DNA from: Chthonomonadales bacterium
GTDB taxonomy: Bacteria; Armatimonadota; Chthonomonadetes; Chthonomonadales; CAJBBX01
DNA: 20,633 nucleotides
NCBI GenBank assembly: GCA_049967475.1
Contig: JBMFSQ010000016.1
Location: forward strand, 61,981 to 82,613
Direction: 5' to 3'
The position numbers were made by a program, and so were the translations under genes. The notes beneath the pieces were generated by a model that worked only from the letters and a program-made list of their open reading frames with translations, did no database searches and had not been told where the DNA came from. This document shows, in pieces, positions 1 through 9,493 of this stretch (position 1 is the stretch's first letter; each line of letters begins with the position of its first letter).

Positions 1-899
1 TTCCCAACGATCGCCAGGGATTGGGGACTGCACTTATCGGGCGTGTCGTCGAGGGTGTGCCACGGAGCATAGTTGAAATCTATCAAATCAATCGTTGGGA
101 TATGCCCTATGGTGCTGAGAGGAACGTGATCGTCTGAAATGTTGAGCTTCATCTCGTCAATGAAGTAGCTCCCGTAGCCAAGCTCCCGGGCGATGCGAAA
201 CACCTTATCGTTGGTGCCGGGAGCGAAGCGCTGAGAGTTCGCTTCGCGGTAGATATCCAGGTTCTTGTCACCGATCATATCTATGAGGATGCCGAAGGAA
301 GGCTTGTAGGCATCGTGATGCCTCGCGAAGTAGGTGGACCCCAAAAAAACCCCTTCGTTGGTCTCGAAGTTGCCGTAATCTTCGCCATCCAGAAGTACGA
401 GGATCACTCCCACCCGAGGCTTTTGCTCGTGGAAGATGCGGGCGAGCTCCAGCAGAACGGCAGTGCCGCTGGCCCCATCATCGGCGCCGGGAATGGGCTG
501 CCGCTGCTTCAGAGGATCTACCTCCTCGTCGGCAGTAGGGCGTGTGTCCCAATGGGTGCAGAAGAGAATGGAACGCGGGGCATCGGGATTGAAGACGCCG
601 ATGATATTGGTAAGCGGCATTCCGCGGTAGGTAAAATCCTGCACATCCGTGCGGTCGGCGTACTTCTTCATCTCGGCCAAAAGGAAGTCCCGCGTCTTCT
701 GATGGGCTGCACTGCCGACGGGCCTGGGTCCGAAATCGCACTGTTTCACCAGAAGCTGATAGGCTCGATCGCCATCCACCTTCGGATGGGTAGGCGATGC
801 CGGCGCGCTGGGGGGCATGGACCGTGCGGAACAGCAGGTGCATCCTGCCAAGGTAAATACAACACCGGCGACAGCGAGCCAGGGTTGGGGATGGTGCAA
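1..899 (-). CDS. M28-family zinc enzyme, glutaminyl-peptide cyclotransferase-like lipoprotein; 3' end runs off the window
   Basis: Not in the ORF track. Manual minus-strand translation from TTG 899 is open to base 1: ...FTLAGC (lipobox)...QCDFGPRPVGS...HWDTRPTAD...PIPGADDGASGTAVLLELAR...LDGEDYG...GILIDMIGD...SDDHVP...IPTIDLIDF...WHTLDDTPD. Start codon uncertain (no clear SD). Confidence 0.9.
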   Translation of the reverse strand, partial: MHHPQPWLAVAGVVFTLAGCTCCSARSMPPSAPASPTHPKVDGDRAYQLLVKQCDFGPRPVGSAAHQKTRDFLLAEMKKYADRTDVQDFTYRGMPLTNIIGVFNPDAPRSILFCTHWDTRPTADEEVDPLKQRQPIPGADDGASGTAVLLELARIFHEQKPRVGVILVLLDGEDYGNFETNEGVFLGSTYFARHHDAYKPSFGILIDMIGDKNLDIYREANSQRFAPGTNDKVFRIARELGYGSYFIDEMKLNISDDHVPLSTIGHIPTIDLIDFNYAPWHTLDDTPDKCSPQSLAIVG

Positions 900-948
900 G
901 AGGTTACGGCGATAGGCCCCGATCTTCGTTTTGGGAGCCGCGGGGGCG

Positions 949-1626
949 TTACTTCTTGAAAACAATGCGGTCCTCACCCTTCTCGCCGATGGTGGTATGG
1001 CTGGCAAGGTAGCGTGTCACGGCCTCTTCCAGCGTGATGTTTGGGTCGTGGTCGCGGTCAATATCGGCTTTGGACCAAACCTTGTAGTAAGTGAGCGCCC
1101 CGTCGGCGAGCGGGGCCGGCATGGCTACAGTATAGATAGTGCTTTCATTCAAGTCGCTCTTGCCCACTTTTACGGACACGATGCGTTTGCCGGGGTCCGC
1201 GTTGGGGTCCACGGTAACAGTGATGCCGGACACTTGCAGAAAGGCACTCCTCCGTTGGGGATAGAGCTCAACAGCCCGTTCCAGAGCTTGGCGTATCTGT
1301 GAGCCCTTGAGGCGCACGATGCGTACACTGTCCGATTTGAACGCCAGAGCTTTGAGCACTTCATCCGTGGTGGTCACTCCCTTCGGAATGGTGACCTCGT
1401 TGAACGCCGACGCTGCCAGGAACGCGGCATCAGCCCCCGTTGTGTCGCGTACGGCATCGGCAATCACTTCGGCAAGGTTACTTTCCTGAGCGCCGACATC
1501 CTTTGTGGTGAGCTCATTCGCCACTTTGATGGATGCGGGCGTAGCCTGAGCTGCGAGGGGGCGGGCAGCAAAAGTAACCGCCCACAACACGCCAGCCGAA
1601 GCAACCCATACATGCCAGTGCTTCAT
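949..1626 (-). CDS. Exported protein consisting only of a 5'-nucleotidase C-terminal (substrate-binding) domain, 225 aa
   Basis: ESNLAEVIADAVR, ADAAFL, LKGSQIRQALE, FLQVSGITVTVDP, YTVA motifs. Signal peptide ending LAA|Q. SD GAGGTG before ATG 1626. Confidence 0.85.
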   Translation of the reverse strand: MKHWHVWVASAGVLWAVTFAARPLAAQATPASIKVANELTTKDVGAQESNLAEVIADAVRDTTGADAAFLAASAFNEVTIPKGVTTTDEVLKALAFKSDSVRIVRLKGSQIRQALERAVELYPQRRSAFLQVSGITVTVDPNADPGKRIVSVKVGKSDLNESTIYTVAMPAPLADGALTYYKVWSKADIDRDHDPNITLEEAVTRYLASHTTIGEKGEDRIVFKK

Positions 1627-1634
1627 GGTGCACC

Positions 1635-2739
1635 TCAGCTCTTTCCCGTCTTCCACTTTAGATACGCTTGAATGAAGGGATTGATCGCCCCGTCCATGAC
1701 GCGGAGGATATCGCCGGTTTCATAACCCGTGCGGTGATCCTTCACAAGGGTATACGGTTGGAAGACGTAGGAACGGATTTGGTTCCCCCATTCGATGGCA
1801 GCCTGTTCGCCCCGCAATTCCGCCATTCGGGCTTCGTTCTGCCGGCGTTCGCGCTCCATGAGCCGCGCCTGCAACACCTTCATAGCCATGGCACGGTTCT
1901 TGTGCTGGGAGCGTTCGTTCTGGCATGTAACCACGATGCCCGTAGGAAGGTGGGTGATGCGCACGGCGGAATCCGTCTTGTTGACGTGTTGCCCCCCAGC
2001 GCCGCTGGACCGAAACGTGTCTATACGGAGCTCCTCGGGGTTGATCGCGATCTCTTCTGCTTCCTGCACCTCCGGAATTACATCTACCGACGCGAAGGAA
2101 GTGTGCCGCCGCTTGTTTGCGTCGAAGGGTGAGATGCGCACGAGGCGATGCACACCGCGCTCGCTCTGCAAATAACCGTATGCAAAGGGACCCTGAACGA
2201 TGAACGTAACGCTCTTGAGGCCGGCTACTTCCCCCTCGGTCTGGTCTGTAAGCTCCACGCGGTATCCCTGTTCCTGGGCCCAGCGCAGGTACATGCGCAG
2301 GAGCATCTGGACCCAGTCACAGCTCTCGGTTCCGCCTGCGCCTGCATTGATCTCGACAATGGCATTGGCGCCGTCGTGTTCGCCGGAAAGGAGCATCTCC
2401 AGCTCCATTCGCTCCACGTCGGCGTTGAGGCGCCGTACTTCTTCATCCAGCTCCCGCTGGAGGGCGGCGTCTTCATCATCGGCGATCTCGGCCAACTCCA
2501 GGAGGTCTTCCGCTCGGCGCTGCAACTCTACAACGGGAGCCACCGCTTCGCGCGCACGAGTGAGCTTCTGCAAGATGAGGGTAGCCGTGCCGCTATCCTC
2601 CCAAAGTTGGGGGTCGGCGGCCTGGCGCTCCAAGTCTTCGATCTCTAGGCGCTTGCCGGCAAGGTCAAAGGTGGTCTCCCAGTTCCAGTGTTCGGCTGTG
2701 CAACTCCTTGACGATTCTGCGCGTGTCTTCGATTGGCAT
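1635..2739 (-). CDS. prfB: Peptide chain release factor 2, about 367 aa via programmed +1 frameshift
   Basis: SPF and GGQ motifs, GAGGTES, WGNQIRSY. ATG 2739 gives 24 codons ending CTT, then TGA C; +1 shift joins the long ORF. Confidence 0.97.
2664..2680 (-). promoter_or_regulatory. RF2 programmed frameshift site CTT-TGA-C with upstream internal SD-like GGGAG
   Basis: Minus strand reads GGGAG ACCAC CTT TGA C; CTT is codon 24 (2670-2668), TGA 2667-2665. Confidence 0.93.
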
Positions 2740-2810
2740 GAAGCCGGCTTCCCCTTTCTGGCATGCGTGGCTCACGGCATCCATGTGCCTCGCAAAGGTA
2801 ACGATAATTT

Positions 2811-2819
2811 AGTATACCA
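2811..2819 (-). promoter_or_regulatory. Extended -10 promoter element (TG-G-TATACT) for the prfB operon
   Basis: TGGTATACT followed by an AT-rich stretch about 70 nt upstream of the prfB ATG, in a GC-rich background. Confidence 0.65.
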
Positions 2820-2864
2820 TGGCGCATTCACCGGCACGGATTGAAGCAGAACCGCCATTGCTCA

Positions 2865-3047
2865 CTATAGCGGCCCGTACACCTCCGCTTCCGATATGCG
2901 CAAGCGGCCATCTCTGTAATGGTCGGCATGTGGGCCCAGGAGCCCATGGATCCTCCAGGACGAGAGCATTCCGGCGGAATTGATCGTTGCAAAATAACGA
3001 GGGCTGCGAATGGCCCAGCCTCCGCCGTTCTCTGCCTCCTTGGCCAC
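2865..3047 (-). CDS. Possible 60-aa small protein or gene remnant
   Basis: GTG 3047 preceded by GAGGA overlapping the S41 stop; VAKEAENGGG...RLRISEAEVYGPL fills the gap between S41 and the prfB promoter. No family recognised. Confidence 0.3.
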   Translation of the reverse strand: MAKEAENGGGWAIRSPRYFATINSAGMLSSWRIHGLLGPHADHYRDGRLRISEAEVYGPL

Positions 3048-3054
3048 ACGATCC

Positions 3055-6000
3055 TCAGTTCCGCAACAGGGCACCCGCAGGCACAGGCCCGCCGAGCACG
3101 GCCCGGGCATCTTTCGACGGTACCTGGTCTGCGTGGCGATGGCGCACTTCTTCCAGCAAAATCCGGACGGCCTCCTCGAGTTGAGGATCCCTATGGTCCG
3201 CACTGTCTTGCGGGGTAATTTCTACCAGCACATCGGGCCGTACGCCGCGGTTCTCCATATCGCGGCCTTCGCCATCGAAGAAGCCCTGGGTCGGGATGCG
3301 GTAGGCAGTGCCGTCTTGAAGGGTGCTGTCATAGGTTCCAATCACATATCCTGGCGTAGGCGTACCGACGATCTTGCCGAGCTTCAATGCGCGGAACCCG
3401 CTGGTAAAGATTTCGGCATCCGAGGCCGAATCCTGGTTGATGAGCAGGACGATGGGCTTGCTCCAGCGACGGAAAGGCTGGGTAGCGCGCAGCCCGTCGC
3501 GTGCTTGGGTGTATCCATAGATCGGGCGAGCAAGCTCGGAGAGGATCGTGTCGTGGGTGTTGCCGCCACCATTGCCTCGGATATCCAAAACGAGCCCTTC
3601 CCTGGTGAACGCAGCACCCCATAGGTCTCGCTCGAACCTCCGCAGCGACGGTACATCCATAGCCTTAATGCGAATATACGCCAGCTTCCCTCCAGACAGC
3701 TTTTGGACGCTGGCTTCGGCTTCGTGCACCTGCCGCTCATATTCCAGGTCAAACCATTGCGACCGTGTGATAGGCTTGACGGTTACCGTGCGCGCTCCTT
3801 CAAGAGACGGCTTACTGTTGACCACGAGTTCCACGGGTTTGCCTGCTTTGCCCAGCAGCAGATTGTAGTAGGCTTCCGTCCAGTGAACGTCATGGCCGTC
3901 TATCTTCAAGATGTATTCGCCGGGTTTGATCGCCACCCGCGGATCGTCATTGGGGCCTTTGGGGATGCTGGCCATGAGCCGAAGGCCGGGTCCGGGATAG
4001 TTTTCGTCGAAGGTCATGCCGAGTTCGGCCACGGCGGGCCCAGGCGCACCGGGTGCAGGGTTCACTTCGGTGTGAGAGGCGTTGAGTTCGCCCACCATCT
4101 CAGAGAGCAGGTACCAGAAGTCTTCTTTGGTACCTACGGCCTGAAGGAGCGGTTCGTACCTCCGGCGCACAGCCTCCCAATCCACCCCGTGCATGGTGGG
4201 ATCGTAGAAGCCGACCTTGATGCGGCGCCAGAATTCGTTGAATGCCTCGTGGATCTCCGCTTGATGGTCTACCGTCATGTGTGCGCTAAAGGCGACGGCC
4301 GTGGGAGATCCTCCGGATCGAGGGACCATCTTCACGGTTCCGGCTGTGGTGAGGTAGTAGAAGCGGGTGCCGTCCCGAGCAATCTTGGGCTGGTCGGACA
4401 CATCGCCGGAAGTGGTGAGGCGCTGGACGGGTCCACCGAGGAGGCCCGTGGCATAATAGTCCGTTTGGCCGGCACTCGATGAGGCGAAGAGGACCGCCAA
4501 GGAATCGGGACTGATGGCGAAGGGCCCTGCACCCTGGGTCGTGATGCGCCGAACGCGTTCCGAGATGCCGGCCAGATCAATCCGGATGGTGTTTCGCTCC
4601 GTGTTCGGCGGGTCGGAAGGGCTGGCCTGGAGTGAGAGGGTGTAGAGATCCATTCCCGCACGCGGGCGGTCCCGGTCGGAAAGGAACACGATGAACCGTC
4701 CGTTGGAAGCCCACTCCGGCTCGATGTTCGTTCCAGGATAGAGGGTGATATTTACCGGGTCGCCTCCGTCGAGAGACACGAGCCACAGATCCACCGTCTG
4801 AAGGACGTCCCGCCGCGAGAAGGCCAGCCAGTGGCTGTCGGGCGACCACGAGTAGCTGCTGATCCCGTCGAGGTTGAGATTGTTGCCATAGGAGGGGGCG
4901 AGGCGGCGCGGGGGTGCGGACCCATCCGCCGGCGCTATGTAGAGGCCGCCCTGAGGTCCGCTCCTGAGGAACGACACCCATCGCCCGTCGGGAGACCACC
5001 TTGGAGCGTTCTCATCGTTGGGATCCGTGGACAAGGGATGGACCTGGCCCGTGGCCACATCCAAAACATAGATGTTGAAGTTCCCGCGCCGATCCGATGC
5101 GAAGGCGATGCGGGTGCTGTCCGGCGACCATACGATGTCGTAATCTTTGGCGGGGTTATCCGTCAGCCGTTTGGCCTCCCCACCCTCTGCAGCGGGTATC
5201 GTCCATATCTCGCCCCGAGCCACCAGCGCCAGCGTCTTGCCGTCCGGGGCGATCTCCACTTCAGTAGCGCCCCCGGTGATTTCCACAGGCACCAGATTGT
5301 TGCGCTTCTCGTCGCTGAAGGCATAGATAGCAATCTTCCGCGGAGCACCCACCGCGGGTTTGACGAGGTAGAGGTCGCCATCATGTTCAAAAACGATCTC
5401 GCCCGTGGTCCGGGCTATGTTGGGGAAGCGTACCTCACCTTCCGTAAAGTGGGTGACCAAGGCGAGGCGCCCGCCCGAGGCAGGTGTCATCACAAGGTTG
5501 GGAGTGCCGGGGGTAAGGCGGTCCGTGACGTAGTACAAAAAACGGCCGTCCGGGGAGTACATGGGCCAAAGGTCCATGCCGTCATAATCGGTTATGCGGC
5601 TAATGCGACCGGTATCCAAATCCTTTGTATAGATATCCATATTGGCGGAACCATGGTAGCGCGGACGCCACCACATGGCTGTGTCGCCGCTTCGATCATA
5701 GGCGATCGTCTTGCCGTTAGGCGAGAACACGGCGAAGCGCACCTCCTGTGGATCCGCGGTGAGAGTGTGCACAACGCCCGTAGACACGTCTATGGTGTAA
5801 GCCTGCCACGAAACGGCGTTGCGGCGAGACTGGAACAGGATGCGGCTTCCGTCTGGAGACCAGTCGCTGGGAAAATCGTTGTCGGTATAGTATGTGATGC
5901 GCCGGGGCTCTCCGCCAGTCGCAGGGATCACAAAGATGTCGTAATTGAGGGCGTAGCCCCCGGAAGGCGTGGAGCTATTGTAACGGTTGGACGCAAAGGC

Positions 6001-6270
6001 GATCCAACGGCCGTCTGGAGACCACCGTGAATAGGCGCTTTGAGCCTCGTTTACCGTGAGGCGCGTCGCTGTGCCTCCGGCGGTTGCGACGGTCCAAAGA
6101 TCGCCCAGATAGGTGAAGCACAGGGTCTTGCCGTCCGGAGAGAGGGATGGGAAGGTCATGCCGCGAATGGGCTCGGGAGCCGAGATAGGGAGCAGTTTCC
6201 CTTGGGCCCAGGCAGGGTGTGCAACCGCGGCGGCGGTCAACGCAGCGATGCAGGCATGGATCAGCTTCAT
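3055..6270 (-). CDS. Secreted tricorn-like S41 serine protease (PD40/WD40-like propellers, PDZ, S41 domain), 1071 aa
   Basis: Many WSPDG repeats; GELNASH, LDIRGNGGG, SASDAE, ENRGVRPD motifs (S-H, S, E catalytic set intact). SD AAGGAGG before ATG 6270. Signal peptide ending AWA|Q. Confidence 0.93.
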   Translation of the reverse strand: MKLIHACIAALTAAAVAHPAWAQGKLLPISAPEPIRGMTFPSLSPDGKTLCFTYLGDLWTVATAGGTATRLTVNEAQSAYSRWSPDGRWIAFASNRYNSSTPSGGYALNYDIFVIPATGGEPRRITYYTDNDFPSDWSPDGSRILFQSRRNAVSWQAYTIDVSTGVVHTLTADPQEVRFAVFSPNGKTIAYDRSGDTAMWWRPRYHGSANMDIYTKDLDTGRISRITDYDGMDLWPMYSPDGRFLYYVTDRLTPGTPNLVMTPASGGRLALVTHFTEGEVRFPNIARTTGEIVFEHDGDLYLVKPAVGAPRKIAIYAFSDEKRNNLVPVEITGGATEVEIAPDGKTLALVARGEIWTIPAAEGGEAKRLTDNPAKDYDIVWSPDSTRIAFASDRRGNFNIYVLDVATGQVHPLSTDPNDENAPRWSPDGRWVSFLRSGPQGGLYIAPADGSAPPRRLAPSYGNNLNLDGISSYSWSPDSHWLAFSRRDVLQTVDLWLVSLDGGDPVNITLYPGTNIEPEWASNGRFIVFLSDRDRPRAGMDLYTLSLQASPSDPPNTERNTIRIDLAGISERVRRITTQGAGPFAISPDSLAVLFASSSAGQTDYYATGLLGGPVQRLTTSGDVSDQPKIARDGTRFYYLTTAGTVKMVPRSGGSPTAVAFSAHMTVDHQAEIHEAFNEFWRRIKVGFYDPTMHGVDWEAVRRRYEPLLQAVGTKEDFWYLLSEMVGELNASHTEVNPAPGAPGPAVAELGMTFDENYPGPGLRLMASIPKGPNDDPRVAIKPGEYILKIDGHDVHWTEAYYNLLLGKAGKPVELVVNSKPSLEGARTVTVKPITRSQWFDLEYERQVHEAEASVQKLSGGKLAYIRIKAMDVPSLRRFERDLWGAAFTREGLVLDIRGNGGGNTHDTILSELARPIYGYTQARDGLRATQPFRRWSKPIVLLINQDSASDAEIFTSGFRALKLGKIVGTPTPGYVIGTYDSTLQDGTAYRIPTQGFFDGEGRDMENRGVRPDVLVEITPQDSADHRDPQLEEAVRILLEEVRHRHADQVPSKDARAVLGGPVPAGALLRN

Positions 6271-6494
6271 GGAGCCTCCTTGGTGATGGCGACTTGGCAG
6301 CCATTCCGGGTTTCGAACAGAATAGACGCGCGCCACACAAGCCAGGTGTCCTGTGGCGGTCAACGGGCGCAGCACGAGATCCCTCTGCGCTGGGAGAGCC
6401 TATGGCGCCGCCGCTCTTGCCCTTCACGGCAGCTTTTATTTCGAGGGGCGTCGGTGCGGTTCCTGTAAGCCGAAGCTTTGCCGTCTGGGGCGTG

Positions 6495-8369
6495 CTACAA
6501 GCCCAAGGCTTCCGCGCGCTTGCCTGCCTTGCGCCTCTGGGCGGCGTCCAGGATGCGCTTGCGCATTCGGATGGAAAGCGGCGTCACTTCAACGAGCTCA
6601 TCGGGACCGATGTACTCGATGGCGCGGTCGAGGCTCATAACGGTGGGGGGTGTAAGGCGTATCGCTACATCGCTGTTGGAGCTGCGCATGTTGGTGAGGT
6701 GCTTTGCTTTGCACACGTTTACTTCCAGGTCGGTCTCACGGCAGTGTTTTCCCACGATCATGCCGCCATAGACACGAGTGCCGGGACCGATGAAGAGGGT
6801 ACCGCGTGCCTGGGCGTTATTCAGGCCGAAGGTGGTGGCGACGCCGGTCTCCGTGGCGATCATAGATCCGCTGCGCTCGAGGTTGATGTCTCCGGCGAGG
6901 GGCTGATATCCTGCAAATACGGAGTGGAGGATGCCGGTGCCGCGCGTGGCGGACACGAATTCGCTCCTAAAGCCCAGGAGCCCCCGGGTGGGCACCCGGT
7001 ACAGCAAATGGATGGATCCATTGCCCGGCGCTTTCATATCTATGAGTTCCCCGCGCCTCCGGCCCATCTGCTCGATGACCACACCCTGGTATTCCTCACT
7101 CACTTCGATCGCGGCTTCCTCCATCGGTTCACAAAGTGCGCCGTCTACCGTGCGGTAGATTACCTCGGGCTGCGACACCTGCATTTCGTAGCCCTCGCGG
7201 CGCATGGCCTCGATGAGCACGGCTAGATGGAGTTCGCCCCTGCCCGACACGATGAACGCCTCGGACCCCTCCCCCTCCTCAACCCGCAGGCTCACGTTGG
7301 TCTCCAACTCTCTGAGAAGGCGCTCCCTCAACTTGCGCGACGTGCAGTAGATGCCTTCCGTACCCGCGAAGGGCGAAGTGTTCACGGCGAACGTCATGCG
7401 GAGGGTCGGTTCATCAATCGGGCGGATGGAAATCGGGGCCGGGTTCATCCGATCGGTGATGGTGTCGCCTATGGTGGCGTCGGGGATGCCCGTCACCGCT
7501 ACGATCTCTCCCGCCGGCGCCCGTTTCACCGCAACGCGCCGAAGGCCGTCGAATACGAAGAGGCCCGCCACACGTCCCGGCCGGTGATCACCCGTGTGGG
7601 ACACCGTTACCACGCCATCGCCTTCCTCGATGCTTCCGGCGTGGATCTTCCCGATGGCCACGCGGCCGCGGTATTCATCGTAATCAATCGTGCTTACGAG
7701 GAGCTGGAGAGGAGCGTCAGCCGGCGCAGAGGGCGCAGGTACGTGGTGCACGATCGTTTGGAAGAGCGGGCCTAGATCGCCCCCGGGCACGCGGGTGTCC
7801 AGGGCCGCCGTACCTGCCAGGGCGTTGGTGTAAACCACGGGAAAGTCCAGTTGCTCGTCATCGGCATTCAGGTGCACGAAGAGATCGAATGCAGCATCTA
7901 CAACGTATTCGGGTCGAGCGTCCGCCCGGTCTATCTTGTTCACCACCAGGATCACGCGGTGCCCTGCTTCCAGAGCCTTCTTCAGAACGAAGCGTGTCTG
8001 CGGCATCGGTCCTTCGACGGCATCCACCAGAAGCAGCGCTCCGTCCACCATGCTCATGACCCGTTCGACCTCGCCACCGAAGTCGGCATGGCCGGGCGTG
8101 TCCACGATGTTGATTTTCCAGCCTGCATCTCGAGCCTTGGACGCATCGGGCACGTACCACACCGCCGTATTCTTGGCTACGATGGTGATGCCGCGCTCGC
8201 GTTCTTGATCCAGGGAGTCCAGTACGCGCTCGGCTACCGTTTGGTTGGCCCTCAGTACGTGGCCCTGGCGAAGCATGGCATCCACCAGGGTCGTCTTGCC
8301 GTGGTCCACGTGGGCGATGATGGCGACGTTGCGGAGGCGGGATTGGTGAGCGAAACAAGTATCCTTCAT
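6495..8369 (-). CDS. typA: Translational GTPase TypA/BipA, 624 aa
   Basis: [64 protein letters not shown]. Confidence 0.97.
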   Translation of the reverse strand: MKDTCFAHQSRLRNVAIIAHVDHGKTTLVDAMLRQGHVLRANQTVAERVLDSLDQERERGITIVAKNTAVWYVPDASKARDAGWKINIVDTPGHADFGGEVERVMSMVDGALLLVDAVEGPMPQTRFVLKKALEAGHRVILVVNKIDRADARPEYVVDAAFDLFVHLNADDEQLDFPVVYTNALAGTAALDTRVPGGDLGPLFQTIVHHVPAPSAPADAPLQLLVSTIDYDEYRGRVAIGKIHAGSIEEGDGVVTVSHTGDHRPGRVAGLFVFDGLRRVAVKRAPAGEIVAVTGIPDATIGDTITDRMNPAPISIRPIDEPTLRMTFAVNTSPFAGTEGIYCTSRKLRERLLRELETNVSLRVEEGEGSEAFIVSGRGELHLAVLIEAMRREGYEMQVSQPEVIYRTVDGALCEPMEEAAIEVSEEYQGVVIEQMGRRRGELIDMKAPGNGSIHLLYRVPTRGLLGFRSEFVSATRGTGILHSVFAGYQPLAGDINLERSGSMIATETGVATTFGLNNAQARGTLFIGPGTRVYGGMIVGKHCRETDLEVNVCKAKHLTNMRSSNSDVAIRLTPPTVMSLDRAIEYIGPDELVEVTPLSIRMRKRILDAAQRRKAGKRAEALGL

Positions 8370-8379
8370 AAGCCCACAT

Positions 8380-8406
8380 AGTATACCCGCCAAGCGCGGC
8401 AGGCAA
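8380..8406 (-). promoter_or_regulatory. Putative sigma70-type promoter of typA (TTGCCT-N15-TATACT)
   Basis: TATACT at 8385-8380, 10 nt before ATG 8369. The -35 candidate has a short 15-nt spacer. Confidence 0.5.
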
Positions 8407-8479
8407 CGGGCCGGGCCACCCACGCATGCACAGGCGCGTGGGTATGGTGCCAATTTCCTTAGTGCCAGCGGTCCCCGGT

Positions 8480-9295
8480 CTACGCGAATATTGCGCGCAG
8501 GGCCTCGGCAATATGCTTCAGGCCCAATCTCGGCTCGATCCTGTAGCCATCCACTTCTGCGGTAACGAAGCCGTCATATCCGGCGGCGTCAAGGGCGCTG
8601 CGCACCTCCTGCCACGGGAGGTCTCCCTGCAAGGGGTTGCAGAAACCGGTGATGTTGCCGATGCCTGTACGGAAATCCTTCACGTGTACCCGCTTGATGC
8701 GAGGTCCAAGAATGCGGATCCAGTGCTGCGGGTAGCCATAAACCAAAACATTTCCCGCATCGAAGTAAGCACCGACCCACGGGCTATCCACTTCATCTAG
8801 GAACCGCGCCATCTCCATTGGAGAAAGCAGGAACTTGTTCCAAACGTTCTCTACGCCGATGGTTACGTGCTGGTCTGCGGCTTGCGGGGCCAACTCTCTT
8901 AGTGCGGCTAAGGCGCGCTCGTACGCTACGTCGTACGGCACGTCGGAGGTTACCACACCCGGCACGCAAAGGAGAGCGTCCACGCCCATCCAATGCGCGA
9001 TGCGGAGCCCCGCCGCAAGCACGGCGATGCCCTTGCGGCGGATCGTGTCATCATTGGATGTAATGGGGTATTTCCAGCCGAGGCCGGTAGACAGGCTTGT
9101 AAGGGCAACGTTATTGCGCTGGGCTGGGCGGATTACCTCGTCGTGTATCTGTGCCTCGGTGCTTTCGGGCGTTATGGGGCCGTCCTCGGCCAGGTTGAGT
9201 TCAATTCCGTCGAAGCCGGCTTCCGCCGCAGCCTCGAAGCACTGCTCCAGGCTCCAGTCGGCCGGCATGGTCCAGCGGTTGACGCCGATCTTCAT
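8480..9295 (-). CDS. Sugar-phosphate isomerase/epimerase (xylose-isomerase-like TIM barrel), 271 aa
   Basis: AGFDGIEL, IGVENVWNKFL, YFDAGN, VHVKDF, GYDGFVTAE metal-binding motifs. Confidence 0.92.
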   Translation of the reverse strand: MKIGVNRWTMPADWSLEQCFEAAAEAGFDGIELNLAEDGPITPESTEAQIHDEVIRPAQRNNVALTSLSTGLGWKYPITSNDDTIRRKGIAVLAAGLRIAHWMGVDALLCVPGVVTSDVPYDVAYERALAALRELAPQAADQHVTIGVENVWNKFLLSPMEMARFLDEVDSPWVGAYFDAGNVLVYGYPQHWIRILGPRIKRVHVKDFRTGIGNITGFCNPLQGDLPWQEVRSALDAAGYDGFVTAEVDGYRIEPRLGLKHIAEALRAIFA

Positions 9296-9493
9296 GGTTC
9301 CAATGTCCTTGTGGAGAGGTTATCGGCTAATTCGACGCTCAGCACGCCTCTCCCTGCGGAGGCATCGCTGAAGCAAACGCAGAATTGTCCTTAACGGGCC
9401 GGCGTTGCCTTTGGGCTCATGTGCAGAGGAAATCTGGTCTGCATGGAGCAAGGTGTCGGTGGAAACAATACCGGGATCGTGGAGGTTCCTGCC

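Noticed and set aside
2740..2751. Palindrome GAAGCCGGCTTC between the prfB SD and ATG
   Set aside because: Very short, and the same 12-mer occurs inside the epimerase CDS near 9212, so probably chance.
3660..3690. Apparent loss of His in S41 (YIRIKAM versus YIHI)
   Set aside because: The catalytic His corresponds to the GELNASH motif, which is intact.
4600..6150. Recurring short repeats that might suggest an array
   Set aside because: They encode WSPDG propeller repeats of the protease; there is no CRISPR-like or tandem DNA periodicity.
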